Of a stretch of DNA of 55,849 nt, positions 1-8,880 are shown in pieces (position 1 is the stretch's first letter; the number at the start of each line of letters is the position of its first letter). Made by a program: the position numbers and the translations under genes. The notes under the pieces are model-generated. The model had not been told where the DNA came from and did not search any database. It saw nothing but the letters and a program-made list of their open reading frames with translations. This stretch comes from a virus (Duplodnaviria; Caudoviricetes), in IMG/VR virus record IMGVR_UViG_3300001535_000005, positions 1 through 55,849 of that record; one strand, given 5' to 3'.

Positions 1-50
1 TATGTAAACTGTCCGTATAAACGTTGACATGCGCAAGGGTGTGCGTCTAT
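1..50. repeat. Terminal direct repeat / circular assembly overlap (copy 1)
   Basis: 1..50 is identical to 55800..55849. Confidence 0.95.
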
Positions 51-53
51 ATT
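4..53 (+). promoter_or_regulatory. Operator half-site GTAAACTGTCCGTA plus sigma70-like promoter
   Basis: Motif at 4..17; TTGACA 24..29; TATATT 48..53; ATG at 62. Confidence 0.6.
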
Positions 54-61
54 GACCGCCC

Positions 62-256
62 ATGCCCCACATCACCTTCAGCCACACGTCGTTCGCAGGT
101 CTGACCGTCTGGAAAACAGACGATGGCCGCTATCAGGCGAACCTGCAGCGCGAGCGCGGCGGTGCCTGGCACGTCTGCCACGGCGTGACCGCTGATGAAG
201 CTGTGGCTGCCGTGCTGGACCCCGCTCCCGTGGCGCTGCCACCCCCGCCGTATTAG
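62..256 (+). CDS. Hypothetical protein, C-terminus LPPPPY
   Basis: ORF directly after the promoter; shares the PPY tail. Confidence 0.7.
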   Translation: MPHITFSHTSFAGLTVWKTDDGRYQANLQRERGGAWHVCHGVTADEAVAAVLDPAPVALPPPPY

Positions 257-267
257 GACCGCACCAC

Positions 268-450
268 ATGACCGAACGCTGGCACCAGAACGGCTTCAAT
301 ACTTGGGAAGTGATCATAATTCGCAACGGCCCTGACGCGCAGGGGCACAACTACGTCGACGGACGCCACCAAATCCATGTCGCCTACCACGAATCGGCGG
401 AAGCCGCAGCCGCTGCCTGCGCGGAACACAACGCGGAATTGGCTCAATGA
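268..450 (+). CDS. Hypothetical protein
   Basis: AGGA RBS; ATGA overlap with the next gene. Confidence 0.65.
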   Translation: MTERWHQNGFNTWEVIIIRNGPDAQGHNYVDGRHQIHVAYHESAEAAAAACAEHNAELAQ

Positions 451-1643
451 TCCGCCTTTCCAATACGGCCACGCTTCACCATGCAGATTGTCGCGATGCG
501 CTCGCCAAGATGCAGTCTGAGTCGGTCGATAGCATCGTCACCGATCCGCCTTATGAACTGAATTTCATGGGTAAGGGTTGGGACAACACCGGCATTGCGA
601 ACGACCCAGCACTGTGGGCGGAGGTGTTCCGCGTGTTGAAGCCGGGCGGGCATTGCGCCGCGTTCAGCGCCAGCCGGACCTATCACCGCATGGCGTGCGC
701 GATTGAGGACGCGGGGTTTGAGATCCGTGATTCGCTGATGTGGGTGTATGGGACGGGCTTTCCGAAGTCGCTGGACGTGTCCAAATTCATCGACAAAATG
801 GCCGGCGTCGAGCGTGAGGTGATTGGCGCCCCCGCCACGCCCCTCGCCGCCGAATGGGAAGGGTGGGGCACTGCGCTGAAGCCAAGTTTCGAGCCGATCG
901 TGCTGGCGCGTAAGCCGCTGTCGGAAGGCACGGTCGCCGCCAATGTTATCAAATGGCGCACCGGCGCCATCAATGTGGGCGCGTGTCGCATCGGGACGGA
1001 AGGGGGCGGCACCAACTGCAACAACCGCGATGAAAACGGCAAGTGCCTCGGGCACAAAAACGCAGGTCGTAGCACGAGCGGCGAGACCTTCCACGGACCC
1101 GAAAGTGACGGCGCGCAAGGCCGATGGCCCGCCAACGTGGTGCACGACGGCTCGGATGAAGTAGTCGGGACGTTTCCGACAGCCGGCGGGCAGCAAGGGC
1201 GCGCAAAGATCGGTGGACCGAAGGCTGGTAAAATTTACGGCGATTTCGGCGAGAATTTCTCGAGCAACCCCGAGCCGCGTGGCGACTCCGGCTCCGCCGC
1301 CCGATTCTTCTACAGTGCCAAGGCATCCAAAGCCGACCGCAACGGCAGCAAGCACCCGACTGTCAAGCCGATCAGCCTCATGGAGTGGATATGCACGCTG
1401 ATCACGCCGCCCGGCGGGACGATCCTCGACCCGTTCGGCGGCTCGGGCACTACCGGCATCGCCGCCAGCAACAAGGGCTTCAGCGTCATCCTGTGCGAGC
1501 GCGAGGCGGAGTATGTGGCGGATATCAGGGCGCGCTTTAGCGGTTCGGTCCTTACCACCCGGCTGAACCTATCCGCCTTCAGGCGCGAACTGGCCATCGC
1601 CGAGCAGGTTGCCGCCCTTCAGTCCCGATTGGTCCGAGCATGA
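447..1643 (+). CDS. DNA N6-adenine/N4-cytosine methyltransferase (beta class)
   Basis: DPPY catalytic motif near the N-terminus; HPTVKP and LDPFGGSGTT SAM-binding motif near the C-terminus. Confidence 0.92.
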   Translation: MIRLSNTATLHHADCRDALAKMQSESVDSIVTDPPYELNFMGKGWDNTGIANDPALWAEVFRVLKPGGHCAAFSASRTYHRMACAIEDAGFEIRDSLMWVYGTGFPKSLDVSKFIDKMAGVEREVIGAPATPLAAEWEGWGTALKPSFEPIVLARKPLSEGTVAANVIKWRTGAINVGACRIGTEGGGTNCNNRDENGKCLGHKNAGRSTSGETFHGPESDGAQGRWPANVVHDGSDEVVGTFPTAGGQQGRAKIGGPKAGKIYGDFGENFSSNPEPRGDSGSAARFFYSAKASKADRNGSKHPTVKPISLMEWICTLITPPGGTILDPFGGSGTTGIAASNKGFSVILCEREAEYVADIRARFSGSVLTTRLNLSAFRRELAIAEQVAALQSRLVRA

Positions 1644-4291
1644 TGACTGCCACCACGAACGCCCTCACCTACTATTCCCAAATCGGCGCCGCGTTGTTCC
1701 CGATCCCTGCCGACAGCAAAGCACCCACCGGTATTATCGGCTCGTTCAAGCATGACCATTCCAAGGACCCCAAGCAGTGGGCTGCATGGTCCGCCGAGAA
1801 CCCCGGCTGCAACTTCGGTATCGTGGCGTTCGCGTCCGATCTCATCATTGTGGACATTGACACCTCCGGCGGTCCCGCTGGCCGCGCCGAGGCGTGGGCA
1901 CTGTGGTGCGACCTGTGCGCCGAATGGGGCGTCTCAGTCCTTGCACCCCATGTCCAGTCCGCCCGCGGCGGCTGGCACGTTTATATGACGGTGCCCGCCG
2001 GGACCGATGCGTCCGCCCTGCGCCAGCCCGACGCCGTCAAGTCCCGCATCAACATCCGCTGCGTCGGCTATACCGTCGCCGCCGGCAGCACGTTCCAGGG
2101 GCTGCCCTACGCGCTACTATCTGACGCCCCGCCGCACCCCGCCCCCGCGGCGCTGGTCGAGCATTGCACCCGCGCCGCGGCGCCCCGCACCAACGTCCTG
2201 CCCGGCACCCGCGACCGCAACGACGTCGCCGCGCTGCTGACATGGCTGCAGGAGCACGATGCGTTTGAAGCCTATGAGGACTGGGTCGGCATCGGCATGG
2301 CATTGAAGCTGGAATACGGCGACGATGGCTTGGACCTGTGGAGCCTGTGCCACGATGCGACCGTGGACGGCGACACCGAGAACTCCAAATGGCAGTCGTT
2401 CGCCACCGATCCGACCAGCCAGTCCGTGACCCTCTCGACGTTTCTGGACCGCGCCCATAAAATGGGTTGGAAAGGTCAGGTCCGCCGCTCGACCGCATCC
2501 ATGTTCGACGGTGTGGCTGCGATCGCTGCCGCCGCCGGCGCCAGCCTGTCGGGTACCCAGGGCGTCCCTATGATGGCAGGGCAGGAGGAATTGTCCCGCC
2601 TCGCCCTGCCGATTCTTGAGGACTTTTTACAGGCCACCGCCGACAGCCCGACCGCGCCGCTCGCCCGCGACTATCCGGTCCTGCCCACGGTGATGGAAGG
2701 GCACGGCCTGTACCGGACCATGAACGACTGTCTGACCCGCGTCGCCGCCATGTCCGAGCCAGACAACAAGTTCAAGCCCGCGCGCATCATCGACGTCCTG
2801 GTGGTGCTGTCGGTCCTGCACGCCGACGTGTTCGAGGCGGTCTGCCGCCGTTTAAGGACCCTCGGGCACACCCTGCCCGATCGCAAGGTGAAGCTCGGCG
2901 CCGCGAACCTGTCCGAGAAGATCGAACGTATCACCGTCACACAGGACCGCTGGGAATACGACATGAAGGGTGAGCCGCAGAGCGACAACAGCGACAACGT
3001 CGCCGTGCTGCTGGGGATACTTGGGCTGTCCATCCGCTGGAATGCGTGGCTGGAGCGCATGGAAGTCCAAGGCGGCATCGATGCTGACCTGCGCTGGTCC
3101 GCCTGGACCTACGTCGATGACGTCATCGTGGCCAAGCTGCGCACCCGCGCCAACCGCACCAAGACCCGCTTCCGGCCGGGCAAGGACTTCCTGTGGGAGG
3201 CGCTGCTGTCGATCGCACATGCCAGCACGGTCGACCCAGTGCTGGAGGCGCTGTCCGAACTCGAATCAGAATGGGACGGCACCCCGCGCCTGGCCGGCTG
3301 GCTGTCCGAGACCTGCGGCGTGGTAAATGACCCGTACCACCGCGCCGTGGCCCGAAACATCATTGGCGGCATGATCAAGCGCGCCCGCCATCCCGGTCAC
3401 AAGCACGACACCATGGCCGTGTTCTTCGGCTTCCAGGGGTCGGGCAAGTCCACGATGGCGGAGATCCTTGCCCTCAAGAAGGAATGGTTCACCGATACCG
3501 TTCTGCTCGGCGATGCCAGCAAAGAGTTAGTGCTGTCGCTGGCCGGCAAGCTGGTGGTCGAGATCGGCGAAATGGGCATGCGCGGCTCCGCCAACCCGAA
3601 CCACGTCAAGGCCATGATCTCCCGCACGGTCGACGCCGGCCGCACCGCCTACGCCCGCAGCGTCACGGAGCGGCCGCGTCGCAACATCTTCGTCGGCACC
3701 ACCAATGACGACGAGCCGCTGGTGGATCCCACTGGCAACCGCCGCTTCCTGCCCGTGCGCGTCGCCAAGGCGGTCAACCTGGACTGGCTGCGCGAGAACA
3801 TCGGCCAGTTGCTCGGCGAGGCTGCGCATCAAGAGGCACGGGGCGAGTCGTTCGACCTGCCGCGGGACGTTTGGGACGTGGCCGCGCAGCACCAGAACGC
3901 CGCACGCACCGAATCGGACATGGAGATGCTGTTCGGCACATGGTTCACCGCCGAGGGGTTGTCTTATATCACCGCCGAGGATGTGGTCTATCTCTGCAAC
4001 CTGTGCGGTTGGCGTAATGGCGGCGCCAGTGGCGGGCGCTCCGCGGTCCTAAAGCTGCTCGGCTTCCGCAACGAACTGACCACGCTGCACGGTCGCCGCG
4101 CCAAGGTCTGGGTGCGTGGTCCGGTCGAGCGGCCGGCGGACATCCCGCGGCTAGGGGCGCGCTACGTCCCCGAGGAGCAGCATGGGCGCCCCATCGTCCG
4201 CACCCGCGTCGAGGTGGACCTGACAAACCTGGCCAAGACTCCGGGGTTGCCAAGCCCACCAAGTACCGGACTGCCGTTGCCGCCGTATTGA
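1640..4291 (+). CDS. Bifunctional primase-polymerase + PriCT-2 + VirE/VapE-like helicase
   Basis: IVDID and GGWHVY prim-pol motifs; YEDWVGIGMAL (PriCT-2); GFQGSGKST Walker A; GTTN and DPTGNRRF VirE motifs; ends LPLPPY. Confidence 0.9.
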   Translation: MMTATTNALTYYSQIGAALFPIPADSKAPTGIIGSFKHDHSKDPKQWAAWSAENPGCNFGIVAFASDLIIVDIDTSGGPAGRAEAWALWCDLCAEWGVSVLAPHVQSARGGWHVYMTVPAGTDASALRQPDAVKSRINIRCVGYTVAAGSTFQGLPYALLSDAPPHPAPAALVEHCTRAAAPRTNVLPGTRDRNDVAALLTWLQEHDAFEAYEDWVGIGMALKLEYGDDGLDLWSLCHDATVDGDTENSKWQSFATDPTSQSVTLSTFLDRAHKMGWKGQVRRSTASMFDGVAAIAAAAGASLSGTQGVPMMAGQEELSRLALPILEDFLQATADSPTAPLARDYPVLPTVMEGHGLYRTMNDCLTRVAAMSEPDNKFKPARIIDVLVVLSVLHADVFEAVCRRLRTLGHTLPDRKVKLGAANLSEKIERITVTQDRWEYDMKGEPQSDNSDNVAVLLGILGLSIRWNAWLERMEVQGGIDADLRWSAWTYVDDVIVAKLRTRANRTKTRFRPGKDFLWEALLSIAHASTVDPVLEALSELESEWDGTPRLAGWLSETCGVVNDPYHRAVARNIIGGMIKRARHPGHKHDTMAVFFGFQGSGKSTMAEILALKKEWFTDTVLLGDASKELVLSLAGKLVVEIGEMGMRGSANPNHVKAMISRTVDAGRTAYARSVTERPRRNIFVGTTNDDEPLVDPTGNRRFLPVRVAKAVNLDWLRENIGQLLGEAAHQEARGESFDLPRDVWDVAAQHQNAARTESDMEMLFGTWFTAEGLSYITAEDVVYLCNLCGWRNGGASGGRSAVLKLLGFRNELTTLHGRRAKVWVRGPVERPADIPRLGARYVPEEQHGRPIVRTRVEVDLTNLAKTPGLPSPPSTGLPLPPY

Positions 4292-4293
4292 TC

Positions 4294-4322
4294 GTTGACT
4301 CTCCGTATAAACGATGTAGGTT
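4294..4322 (+). promoter_or_regulatory. Repeated operator/promoter (GTTGACTCTCCGTA ... TAGGTT)
   Basis: Copy of the genome-wide motif; ATG lies 7 nt after TAGGTT. Confidence 0.7.
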
Positions 4323-4329
4323 GACGGCC

Positions 4330-5199
4330 ATGGTGGCATTTTACAATGAGATTGATCCATATGCTGCACAGTGGTTGCGCAACCTTATCGCCGCAGGACA
4401 CATTGCGCCGGGCGTTGTCGACACTCGCAGCATCGTCGATCTCACGCCGGCCGACCTTGCAGGATTTACGCAGGTTCACTTCTTTGCTGGAATCGGCGGG
4501 TGGTCGCTTGCTGCGCGTCTCGCTGGATGGCCAGACGATCGACCGCTCTGGACTGGTTCATGCCCCTGCCAGCCATTCAGCGTTGCCGGCAAAGGTGCGG
4601 GGCAAGAGGACGTCCGTCACCTCTGGCCGGAGTTTCACCGCCTCATTGCCGGCTGCCGTCCCCCTGTCGTCATGGGAGAACAGGTTGCGGCAGCGGTTGG
4701 CAAGTCTTGGCTCGACGGAGTGTGTTCTGACCTGGAAGGAATCGGTTACGCCTGCGGGGCGGCCGTTGTCCCGGCTTGTGCCGTCGACGCGCCGCATCGT
4801 CGGGACAGATTGTGGTTTGTGGCCGACTGCGATGGCGCAAAGCAAGAACTCCGGGAGTTGCGATTTCAGCCGACAGATGGAAGTGATTTTCGGACAACGC
4901 GAAACGCCGAACGGCAAAAAATCGACGGCACTATGGTCGACGATCAGGGCGAGCGACGGGGCGAAGGGCGGACCGAATCAGAGTTTCGGAGCGGGCGGGA
5001 CGCCACTGCCGGCGCAGGCTTCTGGAACCCAAGCGAACTCGCTATCGGAGCAGACGGAAAAGCCCGGCGCGTTAAACCCGGAGTTCGTCTCTTGGCTCAT
5101 GGGGTTCCCGCCCGAGTGGGTAAACTGCGCGCCTTTGGCAACGCCATCGTCCCGGCTGTTGCGGCGGAAATCATAGGCGCCTATCTGGACTGCAATTGA
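4330..5199 (+). CDS. C5-cytosine DNA methyltransferase, large (alpha) chain
   Basis: FFAGIGG, GSCPCQPFS, EQV, HRRDR and GNAIVP motifs; motif IX is not in this frame. Confidence 0.9.
   Translation: MVAFYNEIDPYAAQWLRNLIAAGHIAPGVVDTRSIVDLTPADLAGFTQVHFFAGIGGWSLAARLAGWPDDRPLWTGSCPCQPFSVAGKGAGQEDVRHLWPEFHRLIAGCRPPVVMGEQVAAAVGKSWLDGVCSDLEGIGYACGAAVVPACAVDAPHRRDRLWFVADCDGAKQELRELRFQPTDGSDFRTTRNAERQKIDGTMVDDQGERRGEGRTESEFRSGRDATAGAGFWNPSELAIGADGKARRVKPGVRLLAHGVPARVGKLRAFGNAIVPAVAAEIIGAYLDCN
4346..5176 (+). CDS. Nested alternative-frame ORF: probable small (beta) chain of the C5 methyltransferase (true start uncertain)
   Basis: Same-strand +1 frame carries LWPT/LWST segments and LNPEFVSWLMGFPPEW (motif IX-like). 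Confidence 0.7.
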   Translation: MRLIHMLHSGCATLSPQDTLRRALSTLAASSISRRPTLQDLRRFTSLLESAGGRLLRVSLDGQTIDRSGLVHAPASHSALPAKVRGKRTSVTSGRSFTASLPAAVPLSSWENRLRQRLASLGSTECVLTWKESVTPAGRPLSRLVPSTRRIVGTDCGLWPTAMAQSKNSGSCDFSRQMEVIFGQRETPNGKKSTALWSTIRASDGAKGGPNQSFGAGGTPLPAQASGTQANSLSEQTEKPGALNPEFVSWLMGFPPEWVNCAPLATPSSRLLRRKS

Positions 5200-5230
5200 C
5201 CCACCCACCGCCGCGCCTTATTAGGCGACC

Positions 5231-5641
5231 ATGCCCTCCAAACGCCAAGTCCTGCGTCTGCTCGCCAATCCCACACCTGAGACCCTTTGGGAGCACCGGG
5301 ACGTCCTGATCGCCGCGCTGCGAGCCGATGTGCGCCGGGCGGAGCGGACCCAGGCGGACCGACAGTTCACCCGCAGCACGGTCGGCTGGGATCCACGGTT
5401 CGGCCCTGCCCTGATCTTTACCAGACCGTTCCGGCCGGGCTGGCGGGGAATGCCGCCGCGCTCGCTGTTCACGCTGTGCTTGGCGCTGGTCGAGCGTGAC
5501 GGGGTCGACACCTACCAAGGGTTGGCCGATCGACTCAATAGCCATGGCATACTGGTCAATGGTGTTAACCGGTTCACGGTCGCCAACCTGGCCAAATTGC
5601 TGGAACGGACTGAGGTTGCCAAGTTGCTGGCGACTGGCTAG
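5231..5641 (+). CDS. Hypothetical protein, possible recombinase-like HTH at C-terminus
   Basis: LADRLNSHGI...RFT...LAKLL pattern. Confidence 0.55.
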   Translation: MPSKRQVLRLLANPTPETLWEHRDVLIAALRADVRRAERTQADRQFTRSTVGWDPRFGPALIFTRPFRPGWRGMPPRSLFTLCLALVERDGVDTYQGLADRLNSHGILVNGVNRFTVANLAKLLERTEVAKLLATG

Positions 5642-5649
5642 GTTGGGCC

Positions 5650-5898
5650 ATGCGCCGCTTTGTACCTGCCATCCTGATGCTGTCCGGTCTTGCCCTGTTC
5701 CTTTGGCTCATGCCAGCTAACGGGCCGCCGGCTGCTCCAGCCGTGTCCACGGCCGACCGGATCCGTGCCCAGTGCCGGGTCGAGGCTTCCCCATCTAAGC
5801 GAGACCAGCAGGACTGCTACGACCGGCGCATCATGGCGCTGGCCGCAGAGCAGTTTGGGCGTGGGTACGATCAGCGTATGCGTGAGGCAGGTCGGTAG
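5650..5898 (+). CDS. Hypothetical protein with N-terminal TM/signal segment
   Basis: Hydrophobic N-terminus; two Cys residues. Confidence 0.6.
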   Translation: MRRFVPAILMLSGLALFLWLMPANGPPAAPAVSTADRIRAQCRVEASPSKRDQQDCYDRRIMALAAEQFGRGYDQRMREAGR

Positions 5899-5919
5899 CC
5901 AGTCAACAGTTATCCGCAA

Positions 5920-6495
5920 ATGTTGCGATTATCCGGTTAGGTCTACATTTAATCGCAGGTTCCCACTGTTGCTCATCAGCAACTCTGCCCCAACATTGCC
6001 ACATTTCCCCCGCGTGTAGCGCATAGGTCACTTTGCGATTAGGTGGCGGCTTTGGCCCTTTTGCGATTATGTGTTGTTGCGACCTGGCGCGGCTCGGTGC
6101 TTTGCGATTATGTGTTGTTGCGATTAAGTGGCGAATAGTCCCAAAAAGGTATTATAATGGCGAATGCAACCTATGCGGTATGAACCGTTGAACTTCAATT
6201 TTTTAGGCCGGTTCACTCGGTAAGTGATTGAGATCGCACAATAAAAAGGCCGTTTTGAAAAGTGAACCGGTCTGACGCCAAAAACACTTAGGACCGTTAC
6301 TATTATATACAGCTATGCAGTATTGTATACCCTTACTATTATACCACTAGCATTATTATAGTTGGTTATACTCTTACTCCCTATATATAAGTTCAGTGGT
6401 TCAGAACAGATCAAAACAATAGCATTTTCAAACACTTGGCGAATGAACCACGCATGAACTTTCCGCCCTTTCGACCGGTTCATCGGTTCAGCCCC
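5920..6495. other. Putative replication origin (iteron-like repeats plus AT-rich tract)
   Basis: TTGCGATTA x5; 23-mer repeated at 6060..6082 and 6101..6123; TGAACC/GGTTCA x7; AT-rich ~6295-6430; no credible ORF. Confidence 0.55.
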
Positions 6496-6537
6496 AAATG
6501 CACGGTAAAGTAAACAGCCATCCGAGCCAAAATAAAC

Positions 6538-6566
6538 GTTGACTCTCCGCATTGACGCTGTAAGTT
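6538..6566 (+). promoter_or_regulatory. Repeated operator/promoter
   Basis: GTTGACTCTCCGCA...TAAGTT, then ATG 6 nt later. Confidence 0.7.
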
Positions 6567-6572
6567 TGCACC

Positions 6573-6881
6573 ATGGAAAACGAAATAGCCCAGTCCTTCG
6601 TCCGCCAAGGGTTCGTCACACTTGACCCTGATGGGACGATGCGGCTCACACAGAGTTCCTGGCGCATCATGACCGCACAGCCGGTGATCCACTTCGTCGG
6701 GTTCAAGGACGATCGGTGGTGGAACGCCATTGCCGTGTTCGGCCGTCCTGACTTCGTGCACCGCCACTGGGACTACCATGCGGTCTCGGAGGTCTGCCCC
6801 GGCGACGTTGTGGTGTTCGCCTCGGGTGACGAGCATTCAACGCCCACCGTATTTGCCTACGACGACAGCGCCCACTTTTAG
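6573..6881 (+). CDS. Hypothetical protein
   Basis: ORF after the promoter; codon style matches neighbours. Confidence 0.7.
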   Translation: MENEIAQSFVRQGFVTLDPDGTMRLTQSSWRIMTAQPVIHFVGFKDDRWWNAIAVFGRPDFVHRHWDYHAVSEVCPGDVVVFASGDEHSTPTVFAYDDSAHF

Positions 6882-6898
6882 CAGCAGGAGCAGACAAC

Positions 6899-7219
6899 AT
6901 GACCAACGCAGACATGGACAACGTGATCGACCTGTCGCGGATGCGCCGGGCGGTCGAGGCCCGCGTCGCGGCGCGCAACACCGGCTCCGACATCACCAGC
7001 CGCGTCTACCTCGACCACCTCGATGGCCGCCGCTGGGCCAGCACGGGCTTCCTGCGCGGCACCGGCCCGACCGCAGCTTGGGAATGGATCGCCACCACCG
7101 TGGCGGCCGAACTGGACTGCAGCGAGGAAGAGGTGGGCTGCATGGAGTGCACAGAAGGTAACGACCTGGTCACTGTGGACGGCCTGCCCGTCTATCGTTG
7201 CCGCATAGTTTATTGTTGA
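6899..7219 (+). CDS. Hypothetical protein
   Basis: AGGAG RBS. Confidence 0.7.
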   Translation: MTNADMDNVIDLSRMRRAVEARVAARNTGSDITSRVYLDHLDGRRWASTGFLRGTGPTAAWEWIATTVAAELDCSEEEVGCMECTEGNDLVTVDGLPVYRCRIVYC

Positions 7220-7243
7220 CTTTCCGTATTGACGTTGTAGGTT
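7215..7243 (+). promoter_or_regulatory. Repeated operator/promoter
   Basis: GTTGACTTTCCGTA...TAGGTT. Confidence 0.7.
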
Positions 7244-7272
7244 GGCAACTATAGTAACAGGGGAACGACCAG

Positions 7273-7539
7273 ATGCGCGATACCACAAAGCTTTCACCGT
7301 TCGAGTTTCGCAGCTTGTTGCGCGGTGATATGGACCTTTCGAAGCTGCCCGCCGCTCTGGCGTCGCAGATCCGTGCCATCTGGGCGCGCATGGAGCGGCA
7401 GCAGGACCGCACCATGAAGCGCGAGACCAAGCACGCAGCGTTCGCAACCGCCGGCCTGAACGGCACCCGCGCCGTCGCGCGCCGGCTGCGGCAGATTGAG
7501 GCTGGGCAACTCTACCCGATCGCGCCGGTGTCGACATGA
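7273..7539 (+). CDS. Hypothetical protein
   Basis: RBS; ATGA overlap with the next gene. Confidence 0.65.
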   Translation: MRDTTKLSPFEFRSLLRGDMDLSKLPAALASQIRAIWARMERQQDRTMKRETKHAAFATAGLNGTRAVARRLRQIEAGQLYPIAPVST

Positions 7540-7754
7540 CCGCGCCCCAAAGGATCGAATGGCCCGCCGGGACGCGCGTGCGCTGTGTGACGGAGAATGG
7601 TGCGGTGCTGCTGCATCAGGGGTGTGAATATGTGACAGCGACTGGACCGTCCGATTCGAATTCTTTTGTCAGACTCTACGAGGTGGCCGGTACTTATCAC
7701 ATGCTTCGTTTCAAGCCGATCGTGCGTGCGCCCATGGGGCGCAGGCCATGCTGA
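7536..7754 (+). CDS. Hypothetical protein
   Basis: Coupled ORF. Confidence 0.6.
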   Translation: MTAPQRIEWPAGTRVRCVTENGAVLLHQGCEYVTATGPSDSNSFVRLYEVAGTYHMLRFKPIVRAPMGRRPC

Positions 7755-7858
7755 ACGCCCGCGCCATCGTCGTCCTGGTCTGCATCAGCCTGTTCGCGGT
7801 GGCGATGGGTATGTCAGCTAATACAAGTCAACAGATAGTAGCAACGAGGGGAAACTAA
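7748..7858 (+). CDS. Small hydrophobic protein (36 aa)
   Basis: Read by hand: MLNARAIVVLVCISLFAVAMGMS...; fills the gap between genes. Confidence 0.45.
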   Translation: MLNARAIVVLVCISLFAVAMGMSANTSQQIVATRGN

Positions 7859-7860
7859 TC

Positions 7861-8196
7861 GTGGAGACACAGTACGAGGTGGGACAGGCGCTCTATTTTG
7901 TCGGCACGCGTCGCTATAACAAGGAGCCGCGTTTCGTCTATATCCAAAAGGTCGGCCGCAAGTGGCTGCAACTGGATAATGGTAACCGCGTCGACATCGA
8001 GACGCTCACCGCTGATGGTGCGGGGTTCGTTTCGCCCGGTCAGGCATACTTGAACCAGGAAGTGTACAAGGCTCGGGTAAAACTGCAGAATGCGTGGGAT
8101 GCAGTACGAAGGCGAGTCGACGATGCGCGTTATGTCCCGCCCGACATGACCGTCGAGCGTATCAGTGAGGCTCTGACGCTGCTGGGGCTCGCATGA
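7861..8196 (+). CDS. Hypothetical beta-barrel-type phage protein
   Basis: GTG start with GAGGGG RBS; KVGRKW motif. Confidence 0.7.
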   Translation: METQYEVGQALYFVGTRRYNKEPRFVYIQKVGRKWLQLDNGNRVDIETLTADGAGFVSPGQAYLNQEVYKARVKLQNAWDAVRRRVDDARYVPPDMTVERISEALTLLGLA

Positions 8197-8480
8197 CGCT
8201 CCCCCTGATCGACTCACCACCCATCGTCACGTTCCTACCCACACCTGAGCAACTGCGGTTCATGCATTTTCACCAGCGTCAACTCGTCTCGTCATGGCGC
8301 TGGCTGATGAAGGAAACGCAACTGCGCGCCTTCAATGAGCGCGGGCACACCGCAACGTTGTCCAGGTACGAGGTCGCCGAACTGATCGACGCCGGCCTGA
8401 TGTTCAAAGGTGCCGGATGCGCCGATGTACACCTGACCTCATGGGGTCGGGATGCGTGCGCAGCAAAGGAGACCGTGTGA
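8193..8480 (+). CDS. Hypothetical protein (possible winged helix)
   Basis: Coupled ORF; ELIDAGLM...LTSWGR. Confidence 0.6.
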   Translation: MTLPLIDSPPIVTFLPTPEQLRFMHFHQRQLVSSWRWLMKETQLRAFNERGHTATLSRYEVAELIDAGLMFKGAGCADVHLTSWGRDACAAKETV

Positions 8481-8647
8481 TGCAGTGGCTTAGGATGGCG
8501 AGAGACGCGATCCGGACGTACCGGACTAACCCCTTAATCGCACCGTGGGTATTCATGGTGCAGCAGGATCGGATGACGCTGGTCGGGTTCATGCCGACAC
8601 CCAAGGTCTCCGGATCCAACGACAACGCACAGGAGCAGGTGACATGA
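8480..8647 (+). CDS. Hypothetical protein
   Basis: AAGGAG RBS; TGATG coupling. Confidence 0.55.
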   Translation: MQWLRMARDAIRTYRTNPLIAPWVFMVQQDRMTLVGFMPTPKVSGSNDNAQEQVT

Positions 8648-8880
8648 TGGTCCTGACAGCCCGAGGCTACCACGAGATCACCATATCGTCGGTGCCGCCG
8701 ACCGCCCATGCACGGCTCGACATTACGCCCGTTCGTGGTCCGCAGTTCAGCCCGACCGAGTTGGTGGAGTTGCTGCGCACCGCTCCCCTTCCCAACGAAC
8801 CCGCCCTGTGGGCGCGGCTGCAGGGTGTCCCCAACCGACTGTTCGGAACAGTCATCAACAGCGAAGGCGATGCGGTATGA
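8644..8880 (+). CDS. Hypothetical protein
   Basis: AGGAG RBS; ATGA coupling at both ends. Confidence 0.55.
   Translation: MMVLTARGYHEITISSVPPTAHARLDITPVRGPQFSPTELVELLRTAPLPNEPALWARLQGVPNRLFGTVINSEGDAV

Noticed and set aside
1-50. 50-bp terminal repeat as a biological DTR
   Set aside because: A short, exact, round-number overlap is typical of circular assembly, and a PBSX-type terminase suggests headful packaging; read-end data would be needed
444-1355. Long antisense ORFs (e.g. 444..1355, 16746..17804, 17540..18529, 49087..49977, 51090..51992)
   Set aside because: Shadow frames of well-supported genes in GC-rich DNA; no motifs or RBS
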